The translations under genes were made by a program, and so were the position numbers. Under the pieces are notes generated by a model. It worked only from the letters and a program-made list of their open reading frames with translations. It did not search any database and had not been told where the DNA came from. 64,000 nucleotides of DNA from an uncultured bacterium (lineage in GTDB: Bacteria; Zixibacteria; MSB-5A5; JAABVY01; JAHJOQ01). The stretch lies in the NCBI GenBank assembly GCA_965369655.1, contig CBDUQR010000008.1, positions 6,966-70,965 on the forward strand, written 5' to 3'. Below are positions 55,429 to 64,000 of the stretch, in pieces (the first letter of the stretch is position 1; each line of letters starts with the position of its first letter).

Positions 55429-57600
55429 TCACACATTCCAGAACGTCGATTGGTCTTCGGTGGGCATTGTTGTGCGGACCCAGTCGTATGACGGCCAGCG
55501 TTCGATCTGTTCGCCCTTGCGGTTGACTTCTATCGCCAACTGCGCGCGGAATTCATCATCGAATTCAATGTCTGCGCGAGGAATCGCCAGTTCGATGACT
55601 TTCCTTACACCAACTTCTCCATGAAACTCGGATCGCTGACAGGTATCACTCTTATCATCTTTGACGAACATCTGTACATCAGAGCCGCGTAGATCGAACG
55701 CGTAGTCCTTGACTGTCTGAAGTACGCACCGAAACTCGAATTCAGCAGCGGATTCGTCTTCCGCGCTTGTGAACAGATCGAGTCTGATATAGATATTGTC
55801 GTCGTCGAAACCGAAGTGGAATGCCCGCAGCACATTCACGGCTCTGTGCATAGCCGACCCGGCTTTCATACAATCGAAAATGCCTGCGTCATGCCACTCG
55901 TAGAAACTTGTAACAAGTCCATCAATCACAGGCGAAATCAACCCGAGTGGCTGCTCGATTCCACTTACGCCACGTATACCGCGTATCGGTTTCAGGAGAT
56001 TATCCGGCGGAGTCTTCCCGATCATACGATAGACTGCGCTCAAATGAGACCTGAACAGCCTGTCGAACACGTCGTCTTGCGCAGATGAATGCTCATCGCC
56101 GTACCACCAGCACCAGTCCGATCCTTCCGCGATATATATCTCTTTCCACGCTTGATTGATGACTTCAGGATCGGCGTCCGAGTCGGTTCGCTCATGGTCG
56201 ACAAGAGCATTGCGCGCCGCTGAGAGCAGGTCCCATGCCTTATTGTCCTCTTCATGGCCGATCCATACTCTGAAATTATGATTGATCCACGAACCGGCGA
56301 AGAGCCGAGGGATATTCTCCAGCGAATCGGTGTCAGCGAACGCCTCAGAGGCAGTGATAGTCTCGATCGAATCGTCGTGAACGAGGCGTGAATAGAGTTC
56401 TCTTAAGAAATCCGCACCGTCATTCGAATAATACTCCCAGGCATTCTCGCCATCGAGTATGATCGAAACCACCGCGCGTTCGAGTTCATCAGGCTGCAAC
56501 GAGTCTCGCACCGCATGCAGACTCCTGATGAAATCATTGGCGGCATCGTCCGCATCCCAGCCTGAATAGACAAAACCGATTTTGTCTGACAGCGTGTGAT
56601 CGCGAAACAGGATGCCGATCTCCTGCTTGTCTCTTCGCAACACGTACGGTTGATGGAAAGAAAGATTATTTCCCCGACTCATATCACACTCAGCCCAGAC
56701 CTCATCGTCTGTCGCGATCCATTTGATTCCGTATTCGGCGAGGATCGGAATCAACGGCTCCGCAACCGATCCCTCCGATGGCCACATCCCGCGCAGGTCA
56801 CACCCAAACAGTTCGCGATACATCTCACAGGACATCTCGATCTGCTTGCGAGCATCTTCCGGATGAGAAAACCTCTCGTTCGGTAACTGCATGTGTGGAA
56901 GCGCCTCTTTCGCCAGATCGGTATCGATGAGCAGCGGCAGAATCGGATGGAAGTACGGCGAAAACGAGACCTCTGCCTGGCCGCGCTCCTGAGCGTCCCT
57001 GTGAGCCGGAATAATCTGCGCAAGAATCTTCTTCTGGAAATCGATCAGACTGACCTTGTCGTCCTCCGTGAAATCGTGCCTCTTCTCGAACAGGTACGAG
57101 ACATCCGGATCATGCCGAAACATCGGATCAATCCAGACAAGGTTCGACCAGACAGCCAGATCGATCCACTCCTGCTCGGTGAACTCCCGGGCGGCTTTCG
57201 ACACGTCCGACCGGCTCAGGATCAATTTTTCGTGAAGCTGGTAGTACCGGGGATACGGTCTTATCATTGTGGCAACATTTGCGGAGAAGAACGAGGCCAG
57301 CATTTCCTGTTTGTCGGTCTCGGTCAGATTCTGTGCGCGTTTCAATGTCAGCGCCATGTGGTCATCGACGCCGTCATGACGCACATAGTCATCTATCTGT
57401 TCGATGAGTGATGGAACAAGATTGAACGTCTGCCTGAGTCCGGGAAAGTCCTCGAGGATCCTCACCATGTCAAGATAGTCTTTGATGCCGTGCAGCCGCA
57501 CCCACGGGAGAACAAGTCTTCCGGTTTCGAAATCCTTGTAATACGGTTGATGCTGATGCCAGAGAAAGACTACCCGAAGCCTGGGTTGATCCGTCGACAT
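55429..57600 (-). CDS. Glycoside hydrolase family 57 protein (alpha-amylase / 4-alpha-glucanotransferase type with C-terminal extension)
   Basis: FLWHQHQPYYKD, VRLHGIKDYLDM, nucleophile region MWPSEGSV, and ILDGENAWEYY. Confidence 0.9.
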   Translation of the reverse strand: MSTDQPRLRVVFLWHQHQPYYKDFETGRLVLPWVRLHGIKDYLDMVRILEDFPGLRQTFNLVPSLIEQIDDYVRHDGVDDHMALTLKRAQNLTETDKQEMLASFFSANVATMIRPYPRYYQLHEKLILSRSDVSKAAREFTEQEWIDLAVWSNLVWIDPMFRHDPDVSYLFEKRHDFTEDDKVSLIDFQKKILAQIIPAHRDAQERGQAEVSFSPYFHPILPLLIDTDLAKEALPHMQLPNERFSHPEDARKQIEMSCEMYRELFGCDLRGMWPSEGSVAEPLIPILAEYGIKWIATDDEVWAECDMSRGNNLSFHQPYVLRRDKQEIGILFRDHTLSDKIGFVYSGWDADDAANDFIRSLHAVRDSLQPDELERAVVSIILDGENAWEYYSNDGADFLRELYSRLVHDDSIETITASEAFADTDSLENIPRLFAGSWINHNFRVWIGHEEDNKAWDLLSAARNALVDHERTDSDADPEVINQAWKEIYIAEGSDWCWWYGDEHSSAQDDVFDRLFRSHLSAVYRMIGKTPPDNLLKPIRGIRGVSGIEQPLGLISPVIDGLVTSFYEWHDAGIFDCMKAGSAMHRAVNVLRAFHFGFDDDNIYIRLDLFTSAEDESAAEFEFRCVLQTVKDYAFDLRGSDVQMFVKDDKSDTCQRSEFHGEVGVRKVIELAIPRADIEFDDEFRAQLAIEVNRKGEQIERWPSYDWVRTTMPTEDQSTFWNV

Positions 57601-57603
57601 GCT

Positions 57604-58299
57604 TTAGTTGAAAGAGCTTACGGTCGGATCGAGAATGCCCTTCTCGAACAGGAATTGTTTCAGCTCCAGCGATCTCGTTGACTCTTCGGGGATTTCCCTT
57701 AGCAGCTCATAGAGCCCAAGCGCGCCGTCACTGTCGCCAGCCGATGCGAAACTCTTGGCGCCAAAGAACAGGCAATCGGTCGCCACGTAGCTGTCGGGAT
57801 ATCTGCTATAGGTGTCGCTGAAAGCTTCGGCTGCCTCTGCCATCATCCCTTTCGCTCGCAGACATTGCGCACGACCTGCCATGGCATTCGCGGTGAGCAT
57901 GTCATCATACCGGTACTTGTCGAGATGCAGATTGAAATACTGCTCAGCCTGGTCATAATTGTTCAGGGCAAAGTAGGCATTCGCGATGTAGAAACTCGCC
58001 AGCCTCGCCGCATCTGAGCCGCCATGCTGGTCGAGGATGGTCTGATAATCTACTGCGGCCAGTTGGTAATTCCCACTTCGGAATTCGACGCCGGCCCTTC
58101 CAAGCAGGTCATTCGCTTCCTGCTCGGATGACCGACTGCTCGATACGAGCAGGAAAACTATCGCGACCACGGCGACCAGTGCGACTATTCCACCGATAAA
58201 TGCCATCAGATGCTCGGTGAAATATTCCTGCGCTCTGAATACCGAACTTATGAACTTGTCTTGTTTAATCTGACCCTTAGTCAGCCTTTTAGCCGCCAT
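57604..58299 (-). CDS. Membrane-anchored TPR protein (YfgM-like)
   Basis: N-terminal basic segment, one TM helix (FIGGIVALVAVVAIVFLLV), then TPR units (FRSGNYQLAAVDY, YIANAYFALNNYDQAEQYF). Confidence 0.65.
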   Translation of the reverse strand: MAAKRLTKGQIKQDKFISSVFRAQEYFTEHLMAFIGGIVALVAVVAIVFLLVSSSRSSEQEANDLLGRAGVEFRSGNYQLAAVDYQTILDQHGGSDAARLASFYIANAYFALNNYDQAEQYFNLHLDKYRYDDMLTANAMAGRAQCLRAKGMMAEAAEAFSDTYSRYPDSYVATDCLFFGAKSFASAGDSDGALGLYELLREIPEESTRSLELKQFLFEKGILDPTVSSFN

Positions 58300-58419
58300 T
58301 GCTCGACTTCCTTCCGGGGAATATTCCCGTTCCTCTAATACTGATTATCGCCTCACAGCCCGAATACTTGATTCGGATTGCAGTGCGTCTCACTATCCGG
58401 TATTGCTTCGTCGCCTCCG

Positions 58420-60051
58420 TTAGAAATAGCCGGTGAACCCGACGACGATCGCAATAGTCTCGTACTTGTCCTCGCCAGTAAACTTAGTGTGTCCGACTGG
58501 CATGAATCCTTCCATTCTAATATCTCTTCCGTCAATACCGCTGACATCTCTGCTGTCAGTATAGTACTCGAACATCGCATCGAGCCAGATTCTCTCCCAG
58601 TGTATGCCTGTACCTAAGCTAAACCCGAATCCGGTGATCCGGTCACCTGCTTCCTCGCCCCAATAGGAGGAAAGCACGCTTGTCTTGTAGTCACGCTCGT
58701 AAATAGTAGGTACTTCATACTCGCTCTCATCTATTATTCCCTCGTAATCTATCTCGGGGTACACTAAAGCTGTGGCATCTGCAAGATAGTGCTGAACATA
58801 CCTGAATCCGCCACGTAGAGGGATAATGCCTTTTTCTGTTTCAAGGTTGTATTCAAAACCAAACCTGCCCTCGCCTGCGTTGTAGTAGTTCAGAGGAAAA
58901 GGAGTATAGAATTCTTCGCTTTCCCCTGATAGCTTCTGTACGATCGTGTCGAGTGTCGATCGCTCAGACGTGCCGAACCTGCGCCACTCGACATCGCCCG
59001 AAATAGTGAAACTGGGGGACACCTTGTAGCTTGCGCCGACGCCGATCGTCAACGGGATATCGATTCTCTGCTTCCTTTTACCACCCGCGTATCGGTCGTC
59101 CTTCCATCCGGGTGTGGTACTCGGAACCATGACATAGACCTTGCCACTATCAGGATTATACTCCCACACTGTGTCGTTCTGGATCGGATCCCATTCGCTC
59201 TCGAGTTCGAACGGCGTTTTCACAACCATACCGAGCTTGAATTTCTCCAGTCGGTACTGGAGGCCGAATGTAAGATTGAAACCGGAATGACTAATCTCTG
59301 AAAGCGAGTGTCCACGAAACCTCCGCTTCCTCGGCTCGGCATTGTCACCTACTCCCTCGATGGCGTCCCACTCTGCCACGATATCATAGCCTTCTTCAGA
59401 GTTGCCGAAGTAGATGTTCGCTGACATTCCAAAGGAAAGCTTGTCGACAACATCGGTTCCGAAACCGAGATTCACAACATCGATCGAACCAGTACTCCAT
59501 ACTTCGTGACTTGTGGGGACGATATCTATCCAATCTGCATCCTCCTGTACCCACCAGAATGTTGGCCACACAGCCACCCCCGGATTAAGCCATGTTGCGC
59601 GCGCGATATTGGTCAGTCGCTGATAGGCTATGCTCGCGGAAAACTGTTTCCCGGCCACTTTGACCGGTGCCAGGAATGAAGCGTAGTCGATCATCCACTT
59701 GTTGTCATCGACAACATACTCCCCGCCTGGAGCAGATTCATACGAAAGGCTGTAAGTGTCCCTCGGCCTGGTGAATGTGCCCGAGAAAGATATTTGCGGG
59801 TCGAGCGTCTGGATCAATCCAGCAGGATTCCAGGTTATCGCAGATGCATCATCGGCTATACTGATAAACGCCCCACTCATCGATCTGGCGCGTACGCCGG
59901 CCCCAGTCCAGTTCAAGTCGGTGCGATCGAGGGCTCTTGCCCAGTCCTCAAGCACCCGATCCTCTGCCGCCGACGCTCCTGACGCGAAGGTCAGGACCAA
60001 AATCACTGTGCATAACAATCTAATCTTCATCAGGGTGTTTCCTCCTGTCAT
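58420..60051 (-). CDS. Outer-membrane beta-barrel protein, PorV/FadL-like
   Basis: Signal peptide MKIRLLCTVILVLTFASGASA (ATG 60030). Motif ARSMSGAFISIADDASAITWNPAGL. Aromatic C-terminus VVGFTGYF. Confidence 0.65.
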   Translation of the reverse strand: MTGGNTLMKIRLLCTVILVLTFASGASAAEDRVLEDWARALDRTDLNWTGAGVRARSMSGAFISIADDASAITWNPAGLIQTLDPQISFSGTFTRPRDTYSLSYESAPGGEYVVDDNKWMIDYASFLAPVKVAGKQFSASIAYQRLTNIARATWLNPGVAVWPTFWWVQEDADWIDIVPTSHEVWSTGSIDVVNLGFGTDVVDKLSFGMSANIYFGNSEEGYDIVAEWDAIEGVGDNAEPRKRRFRGHSLSEISHSGFNLTFGLQYRLEKFKLGMVVKTPFELESEWDPIQNDTVWEYNPDSGKVYVMVPSTTPGWKDDRYAGGKRKQRIDIPLTIGVGASYKVSPSFTISGDVEWRRFGTSERSTLDTIVQKLSGESEEFYTPFPLNYYNAGEGRFGFEYNLETEKGIIPLRGGFRYVQHYLADATALVYPEIDYEGIIDESEYEVPTIYERDYKTSVLSSYWGEEAGDRITGFGFSLGTGIHWERIWLDAMFEYYTDSRDVSGIDGRDIRMEGFMPVGHTKFTGEDKYETIAIVVGFTGYF

Positions 60052-60253
60052 ATCGAGAAAATTTTCGCAAAAGATATAACAAATAGCATGTATGTGTCAA
60101 ACGCTTTCTGAACATTTCTCGCTCACGTAACCTGTGCGCTCACTGTGAATTGACGCAGACAAGCAGGGAATGTTCAACCAGATGCTTATCGCTGGCAGTG
60201 TCATATCATCATAATCATCAGCAAGACCCACGGCATCGCGCTGGAATCAAAAA

Positions 60254-60326
60254 TACCCCCGGCAGGAATCGAACCTGCGGCACGTGGTTTAGGAAACCAC
60301 TGCTCTATCCCCTGAGCTACGGGGGC
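60254..60326 (-). tRNA. tRNA-Arg (anticodon CCT)
   Basis: The minus strand reads GCCCCCG-TA-GCTC-AGGGGATA-GAGC-A-GTGGT-TTCCTAA-ACCAC-GTGCC-GCAGG-TTCGATT-CCTGC-CGGGGGT-A. The cloverleaf was folded by hand and has a G1-U72 pair. Confidence 0.9.
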
Positions 60327-60427
60327 AGCGAGTCACAATCTTAACTCGAAACCGACAGACAGTCAATCAAAATTGCATGGATCGGTTCAGGATGCCAGAA
60401 ATGATACAGTGAGAAAAAACGGAGGGA

Positions 60428-60964
60428 TTAGATCGTTTCGGAGTCATATTCGGCCAGAGAGATAAGGCTGTACTCGCTCAGGCGGTCTCGGCCTCCAAGG
60501 GATGTGAGTTCAACCAGCACAGCGATACCGGCTACACTCGCACCGAGGTCCTCGACCAAGTCACAGGTTGCGCGAAGAGTGCCGCCGGTCGCAAGCAGAT
60601 CATCGACCACGAGCACCCTCTCGTCGCGAGAGAGCGCATCGGCATGAACTTCGAGAGCATCGGTCCCGTACTCCAGCGAATAGGTCTCCTTTATAGTCTT
60701 TGATGGTAGCTTGCCAGGCTTTCGGACAGGGACGAATCCGCAGCCCAGTTTATATGCGAGCGTGGAGCCGAAAATAAACCCGCGAGATTCCACAGACACC
60801 ACTTTTGTGACAGCGAGGTCACGGCATTCCTCATAGATAGTATCGATGGCTTCGCGGAAGGCTTCCGGATCGCCGATCAGCGTCGTTATGTCGCGGAACA
60901 GGATGCCCTTCTTCGGAAAATCGGGGATGGAGCGAATCCTGTCTTTGAAATACTCTGCTGTCAT
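60428..60964 (-). CDS. apt: Adenine phosphoribosyltransferase
   Basis: IPDFPKKGILFRDITTL and the PRPP-binding motif VLVVDDLLATGGT. Confidence 0.95.
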   Translation of the reverse strand: MTAEYFKDRIRSIPDFPKKGILFRDITTLIGDPEAFREAIDTIYEECRDLAVTKVVSVESRGFIFGSTLAYKLGCGFVPVRKPGKLPSKTIKETYSLEYGTDALEVHADALSRDERVLVVDDLLATGGTLRATCDLVEDLGASVAGIAVLVELTSLGGRDRLSEYSLISLAEYDSETI

Positions 60965-60968
60965 CGTA

Positions 60969-61214
60969 TCACTTATACTTCACAAAAAAATTCTCGTGAC
61001 TGCTCTCGTATTTTTTCCATTCGATCTGGAAATTCTCGATTTGCGAATAGGCGGGACCTTTCCTGAGTGCCATCAAGAATTGCATGACCACTTCTTTCGT
61101 CCCCTCGACTTCGATTTCGACATCACCGGTATCGAGGTTTCTCACGTAGCCATTGATCGGAAACTTCTCTGCTGTAGATGTCGCGAAATATCTGAAACCT
61201 ACGCCCTGCACCAT
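60969..61214 (-). CDS. acyP: Acylphosphatase (the annotated ATG probably truncates the first beta-strand)
   Basis: VQGVGFRYF signature and GYVRNLDTGDVEIEVEG. In-frame upstream codons read ...CARVLISG-MVQGVGFR with no ATG, GTG or TTG available. Confidence 0.8.
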   Translation of the reverse strand: MVQGVGFRYFATSTAEKFPINGYVRNLDTGDVEIEVEGTKEVVMQFLMALRKGPAYSQIENFQIEWKKYESSHENFFVKYK

Positions 61215-61249
61215 GCCTGAGATCAGGACTCTCGCGCAGACATATCCAT

Positions 61250-61720
61250 CTATTGTGCTGTCGTTTGGAGCGCTAATTGGACTGCCTCCTCTGCATTTGA
61301 AGCTTTTCGTGCGGCATCGGATACATTCCAGCCGCCAAAATCTATTACATATTTTCCAACCTTGAGCGCAAAAGCGAGTTCCGAGAGCGTTCCCGATCCG
61401 CCCGGCAACGCGATTACAACATCGCTGCTTCGGACAACGAGCAAATTTCGAGCTTCACCCAATCCTGTCGGGATCGCGTGATCTATAAAACTGTTGGCAT
61501 CTTGCCGATCAGCTCCCGGGAGAATGCCAATCGTTACGCCACCTGCGGACTTCGCGCCTTCAGCAGCGGCAGCCATCACTCCGCCCAGCCCTCCGCACAC
61601 AAGAACGGCGTCTGCTTCGGCAATCCTCCTGCCGACTTCAAACGCCAACTTCGCGACTTTTTCTGAGCAATGTCCTGCGCCAATAACTCCGATATATATT
61701 CTCTTGTCGGATTCGGACAT
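61250..61720 (-). CDS. TIGR00725-family (LOG/DprA-like Rossmann fold) protein
   Basis: IGVIGAGHCSE, VCGGLGGVMAAAAEGAKSAGGVTIGILPG, and ALPGGSGTLSELAFAL. Confidence 0.8.
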   Translation of the reverse strand: MSESDKRIYIGVIGAGHCSEKVAKLAFEVGRRIAEADAVLVCGGLGGVMAAAAEGAKSAGGVTIGILPGADRQDANSFIDHAIPTGLGEARNLLVVRSSDVVIALPGGSGTLSELAFALKVGKYVIDFGGWNVSDAARKASNAEEAVQLALQTTAQ

Positions 61721-61755
61721 TATCCAAATCTCACAGCTTCTCTCGGTTCATAATA

Positions 61756-61829
61756 TCGGGGTGACTGGATTTGAACCAGCGACTCCTTAGTCCCGAACCA
61801 AGTGCTCTACCATGCTGAGCTACACCCCG
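61756..61829 (-). tRNA. tRNA-Pro (anticodon CGG)
   Basis: The minus strand reads CGGGGTG-TA-GCTC-AGCATGGTA-GAGC-A-CTTGG-TTCGGGA-CTAAG-GAGTC-GCTGG-TTCAAAT-CCAGT-CACCCCG-A. 74 nt. Confidence 0.9.
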
Positions 61830-61919
61830 ATACCGTCAGACCTACTGATGTTATCGACTTTTCTCCGATTGTCAACATGTTTTTGCGATTCGACGAACTG
61901 TTACCAATGCAATCACATG

Positions 61920-62155
61920 TAGGTCAAGCGGCCTGCTTGTCCTGAGCGTAGCGAAGGGTCCGCTTGACATCTTGATCCATCCGTCAAGCGCGAGCGCGCT
62001 TGACCTACAAGACTTATGTCATATTGTAACATCGTGTGCGCGGCAGACCTCCCGGCGAGTCCTGAGCTTCGAAGGGTCTGCCCGGTCTTTTGCGCTTATC
62101 GTTGGGGCAGACGAGGACGTCTGCCGCCCACAGGATCACGGGTCGCTGCCCTACT
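61920..62155. repeat. Cluster of nested GC-rich palindromic repeat modules between tRNA-Pro and the SBBP gene
   Basis: gtcaagcgg...gtcctgagcgtagcgaaggg...ccgcttgac; palindrome gtcaagcgcgagcgcgcttgac; ggcagacc...gtcctgagcttcgaaggg..tctgcc; acgggtcgctgccctac (62138-62154), which is the reverse complement of 43036-43052. Confidence 0.65.
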
Positions 62156-62160
62156 CAAGA

Positions 62161-64000
62161 CTAACAATCCGGCACTCCATCTCCATCTGTGTCGCATGGC
62201 TCTGGGCCTCCTCTGAAGATGTAATTCACAAGTCCGACTATATCGAGCAGGTTGATCGCCTGGTCGCAGTTTACATCTCCAGATTCAAGTGGATCAGGCT
62301 CAGGTCCGCCCAAGTACACGTAGCTGATCAGACATATCACGTCATCGATATCGACTCCGCCGCTGGCGTCAGCATCGCCGCAAAGGAAAGCCTCACTACT
62401 CAGCTTAGTCACAAAAACATCCTCGGAACCTTGACAAGTTCCCTGATACGGGTTTAGAGTGGGAAAATCTGTAGAATTTGTATATCCCGTCACATACGCC
62501 ACCCCGGAGCCGTCCACCGCGATGCTACGGCCAGCGTCCCAGTCGCTCCCCCCCAGGTAGGTGGAGTAGACCAGGCTGTTTCCCGAACTGCTGAGTTTGG
62601 TTACAAATACATCAGCGTTGACTTGATCAGTCTGGTACGGGTTTAGAGTGGGGAAATCTGTTGAACCTGTAAATCCCGTCACATAAGCTGAGCCGGAGCC
62701 GTCAACTGCGATGCTTGAGCCTTCATCATAATTACTCCCACCCAGGTAGGTGGAGTACAGAAGGCTGTTTCCCGAACTGCTTAGCTTGGTAACAAATACA
62801 TCCTCCGAACCTTGATCAGTCTGGTACGGGTTTTGAGTGGGAAAATCTGTAGAATATGTATAACCCGCCACATAAGCTGAACCGGAGCCGTCAACTGCGA
62901 TGCTTCTGCCCTTATCATCACTATTCCCTCCTAAGTAGGTGCTGTAGACCAGGCTGTTTCCCGAACTGCTTAGTTTGGTTACAAAAGCATCGTAGTCAGC
63001 TTGATAAGTCTGGTACGGGTTTAGAGTGGGGAAATCTGTAGACAATGTAAAACCAGTCACATACGCTGAGCCGGAGCCGTCAACTGCGATGGCATAGCCT
63101 TCATCATTACTATTCCCCCCCAGGTAGGTGGAGTAGACCAGGCTGTTTCCCGAACTGCTTAGTTTGGTTACAAACAAATCGTAGCCACCTTGATAAGTCT
63201 GGTACGGATTGAGAGTAGGGAAATTTGATGAAGATGTATAACCCGTCACATAAGCTGAACCGGAGCCGTCAACTGCGATGCCGGAGCCTCCATCATAATT
63301 ACTCCCACCCAAGTAGGTGGAGTACAGAAGGCTACTGCCCGAACTGCTTAGTTTGGTTACAAATACATCTTCCGCACCTTGCTTAGTAGCCTGATACGGG
63401 TTTAGAGTTGGAAAATCTGTAGACGTTGTATAACCCGTCACATAAGCTGAGCCGGAGGCGTCAACTGCGATGCTCTTGCCAATATCACTATCAATACCGC
63501 CAAGGTAGGTGGAGTAGACCAGGCTGTTTCCAGAACTGCTTAGTTTGGTTACAAATACATCAGTACCACCTTGATTAGTCTGGTACGGGTTTAGAGTGGG
63601 AAAATCTGGAGAATCTGTATAACCCGTCACATAAGCTGAACCGGAGGCGTCAACTTCGATGCTGTAAACACGTTCACCACCACTACCCCCAAGGTAGGTG
63701 GAGTAAGATAAAACAGGATCAATAACCAGAGGTAAGGCCGGATTGTAGCCACTCAGTTCAAACCCGAAGGCGATTGCGCCTTTCAGACTGTACTCGCCGA
63801 CAATAGTAACACGGGAGTCGTTCTCTATCTGATAAATGACAGGTTTCTGTTCGACAACCTCGCCCCACATAGTTGTTACAACTAACTCACCATTATCATT
63901 AACAGAAATAAATTCAGCACCCTCATATTCTATTTTGATTTGAGAAAAATCAGCACCTGGAGAAACAATAAAATCATACTCCATCTGTTTGCCGTTGCCG
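62161..64000 (-). CDS. SBBP (beta-propeller repeat) exoprotein with a C-terminal dockerin-like module; the N-terminus lies outside the window
   Basis: The frame stays open to nt 64000. At least 7 repeats of about 63 aa: YSTYLGG...G.SIAVDGSGSAYVTGYT.STDFPT.NPYQT...G..DVFVTKLSSSGNSL. Tail CGDADASGGVDIDDVICLISYVYLGGPEP...AINLLDIVGLVNYIFRGGPEPCDTDGDGVPDC. Confidence 0.8.
   Translation of the reverse strand, partial: GNGKQMEYDFIVSPGADFSQIKIEYEGAEFISVNDNGELVVTTMWGEVVEQKPVIYQIENDSRVTIVGEYSLKGAIAFGFELSGYNPALPLVIDPVLSYSTYLGGSGGERVYSIEVDASGSAYVTGYTDSPDFPTLNPYQTNQGGTDVFVTKLSSSGNSLVYSTYLGGIDSDIGKSIAVDASGSAYVTGYTTSTDFPTLNPYQATKQGAEDVFVTKLSSSGSSLLYSTYLGGSNYDGGSGIAVDGSGSAYVTGYTSSSNFPTLNPYQTYQGGYDLFVTKLSSSGNSLVYSTYLGGNSNDEGYAIAVDGSGSAYVTGFTLSTDFPTLNPYQTYQADYDAFVTKLSSSGNSLVYSTYLGGNSDDKGRSIAVDGSGSAYVAGYTYSTDFPTQNPYQTDQGSEDVFVTKLSSSGNSLLYSTYLGGSNYDEGSSIAVDGSGSAYVTGFTGSTDFPTLNPYQTDQVNADVFVTKLSSSGNSLVYSTYLGGSDWDAGRSIAVDGSGVAYVTGYTNSTDFPTLNPYQGTCQGSEDVFVTKLSSEAFLCGDADASGGVDIDDVICLISYVYLGGPEPDPLESGDVNCDQAINLLDIVGLVNYIFRGGPEPCDTDGDGVPDC
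62450..63720 (-). repeat. In-frame approximately 189-bp tandem DNA repeats encoding the SBBP blades
   Basis: The block gtaggtggagta(g/c)a(c/g)(c/a)aggct(g/a)(t/c)t(t/g)cc(c/a)gaactgct(t/g)ag(t/c)ttggt(t/a)acaaa recurs near 62557, 62745, 63125, 63313 and 63505, with a more diverged copy at 62936. Confidence 0.8.

Noticed and set aside
61972-62457. 161-aa plus-strand ORF spanning the repeat cluster and the 3' end of the SBBP gene
   Set aside because: Its first half is translated palindromic repeats. Its second half is antisense to the dockerin-like tail coding region.
62450-63720. Regularly spaced direct repeats (189-bp period here, and 141-bp period at 11095-11659) that could be mistaken for a CRISPR array
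   Set aside because: The repeats are contiguous with no unique spacers. They are in frame within long ORFs and encode recognisable protein repeats (SBBP blades, TPR-like units). No cas genes are present.

Overview
This window looks like a chromosomal segment from an uncultured bacterium of the FCB superphylum. I call about 46 protein-coding genes, 3 tRNAs (Gly-CCC, Arg-CCT, Pro-CGG) and one cobalamin riboswitch. All protein family calls come from motif recognition by eye on the supplied translations; no searches were run.

Layout:
- 1-10.4 kb: housekeeping genes (mutS2 3' end, an orphan PAS histidine kinase, rlmN, der, a DUF512 radical-SAM-like gene). This stretch also holds a B12-riboswitch-controlled TonB receptor co-transcribed with a beta-propeller exoprotein.
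- 12.9-42.6 kb: one uninterrupted run of minus-strand genes. It joins a T9SS sortase/PorV pair (porU, plus a porV-like gene with a very large insertion) to an M6 metalloprotease cargo with a T9SS C-terminal domain. These are followed by a translationally coupled NHL lipoprotein / 1107-aa envelope protein / Omp85 / UbiA block, and then a complete MoxR-DUF58-BatA-E aerotolerance-type operon.
- 43-64 kb: metabolic genes (tryptophanase-like lyase, asparaginase II family, GH57, apt, acyP) interleaved with giant FG-GAP and SBBP beta-propeller exoproteins.

Candidates for something new:
1. A low-GC two-gene island at 53.0-55.4 kb. It encodes an ABC/AAA_21-type ATPase translationally coupled to a small Toprim-like (DUF4276-like) protein. 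This is a PARIS/AbiL/split-OLD-like architecture.
2. A SEFIR/TIR-like protein with an unassigned 320-aa C-terminal domain at 43.7-45.1 kb.
3. A tRNA-Gly-adjacent membrane-anchored P-loop NTPase with five or more near-identical 47-aa TPR-like repeats at 10.9-12.8 kb.
4. A PorV-like barrel split by a roughly 700-aa insert containing propeller repeats.
5. A conserved Cys-framed double dockerin-like C-terminal tail on four exoproteins. It coexists with classical T9SS CTDs and no cohesin partner is visible.

A mosaic family of short GC-rich palindromic intergenic repeats is scattered through the non-coding gaps. I found no CRISPR array, rRNA, integrase or transposase.
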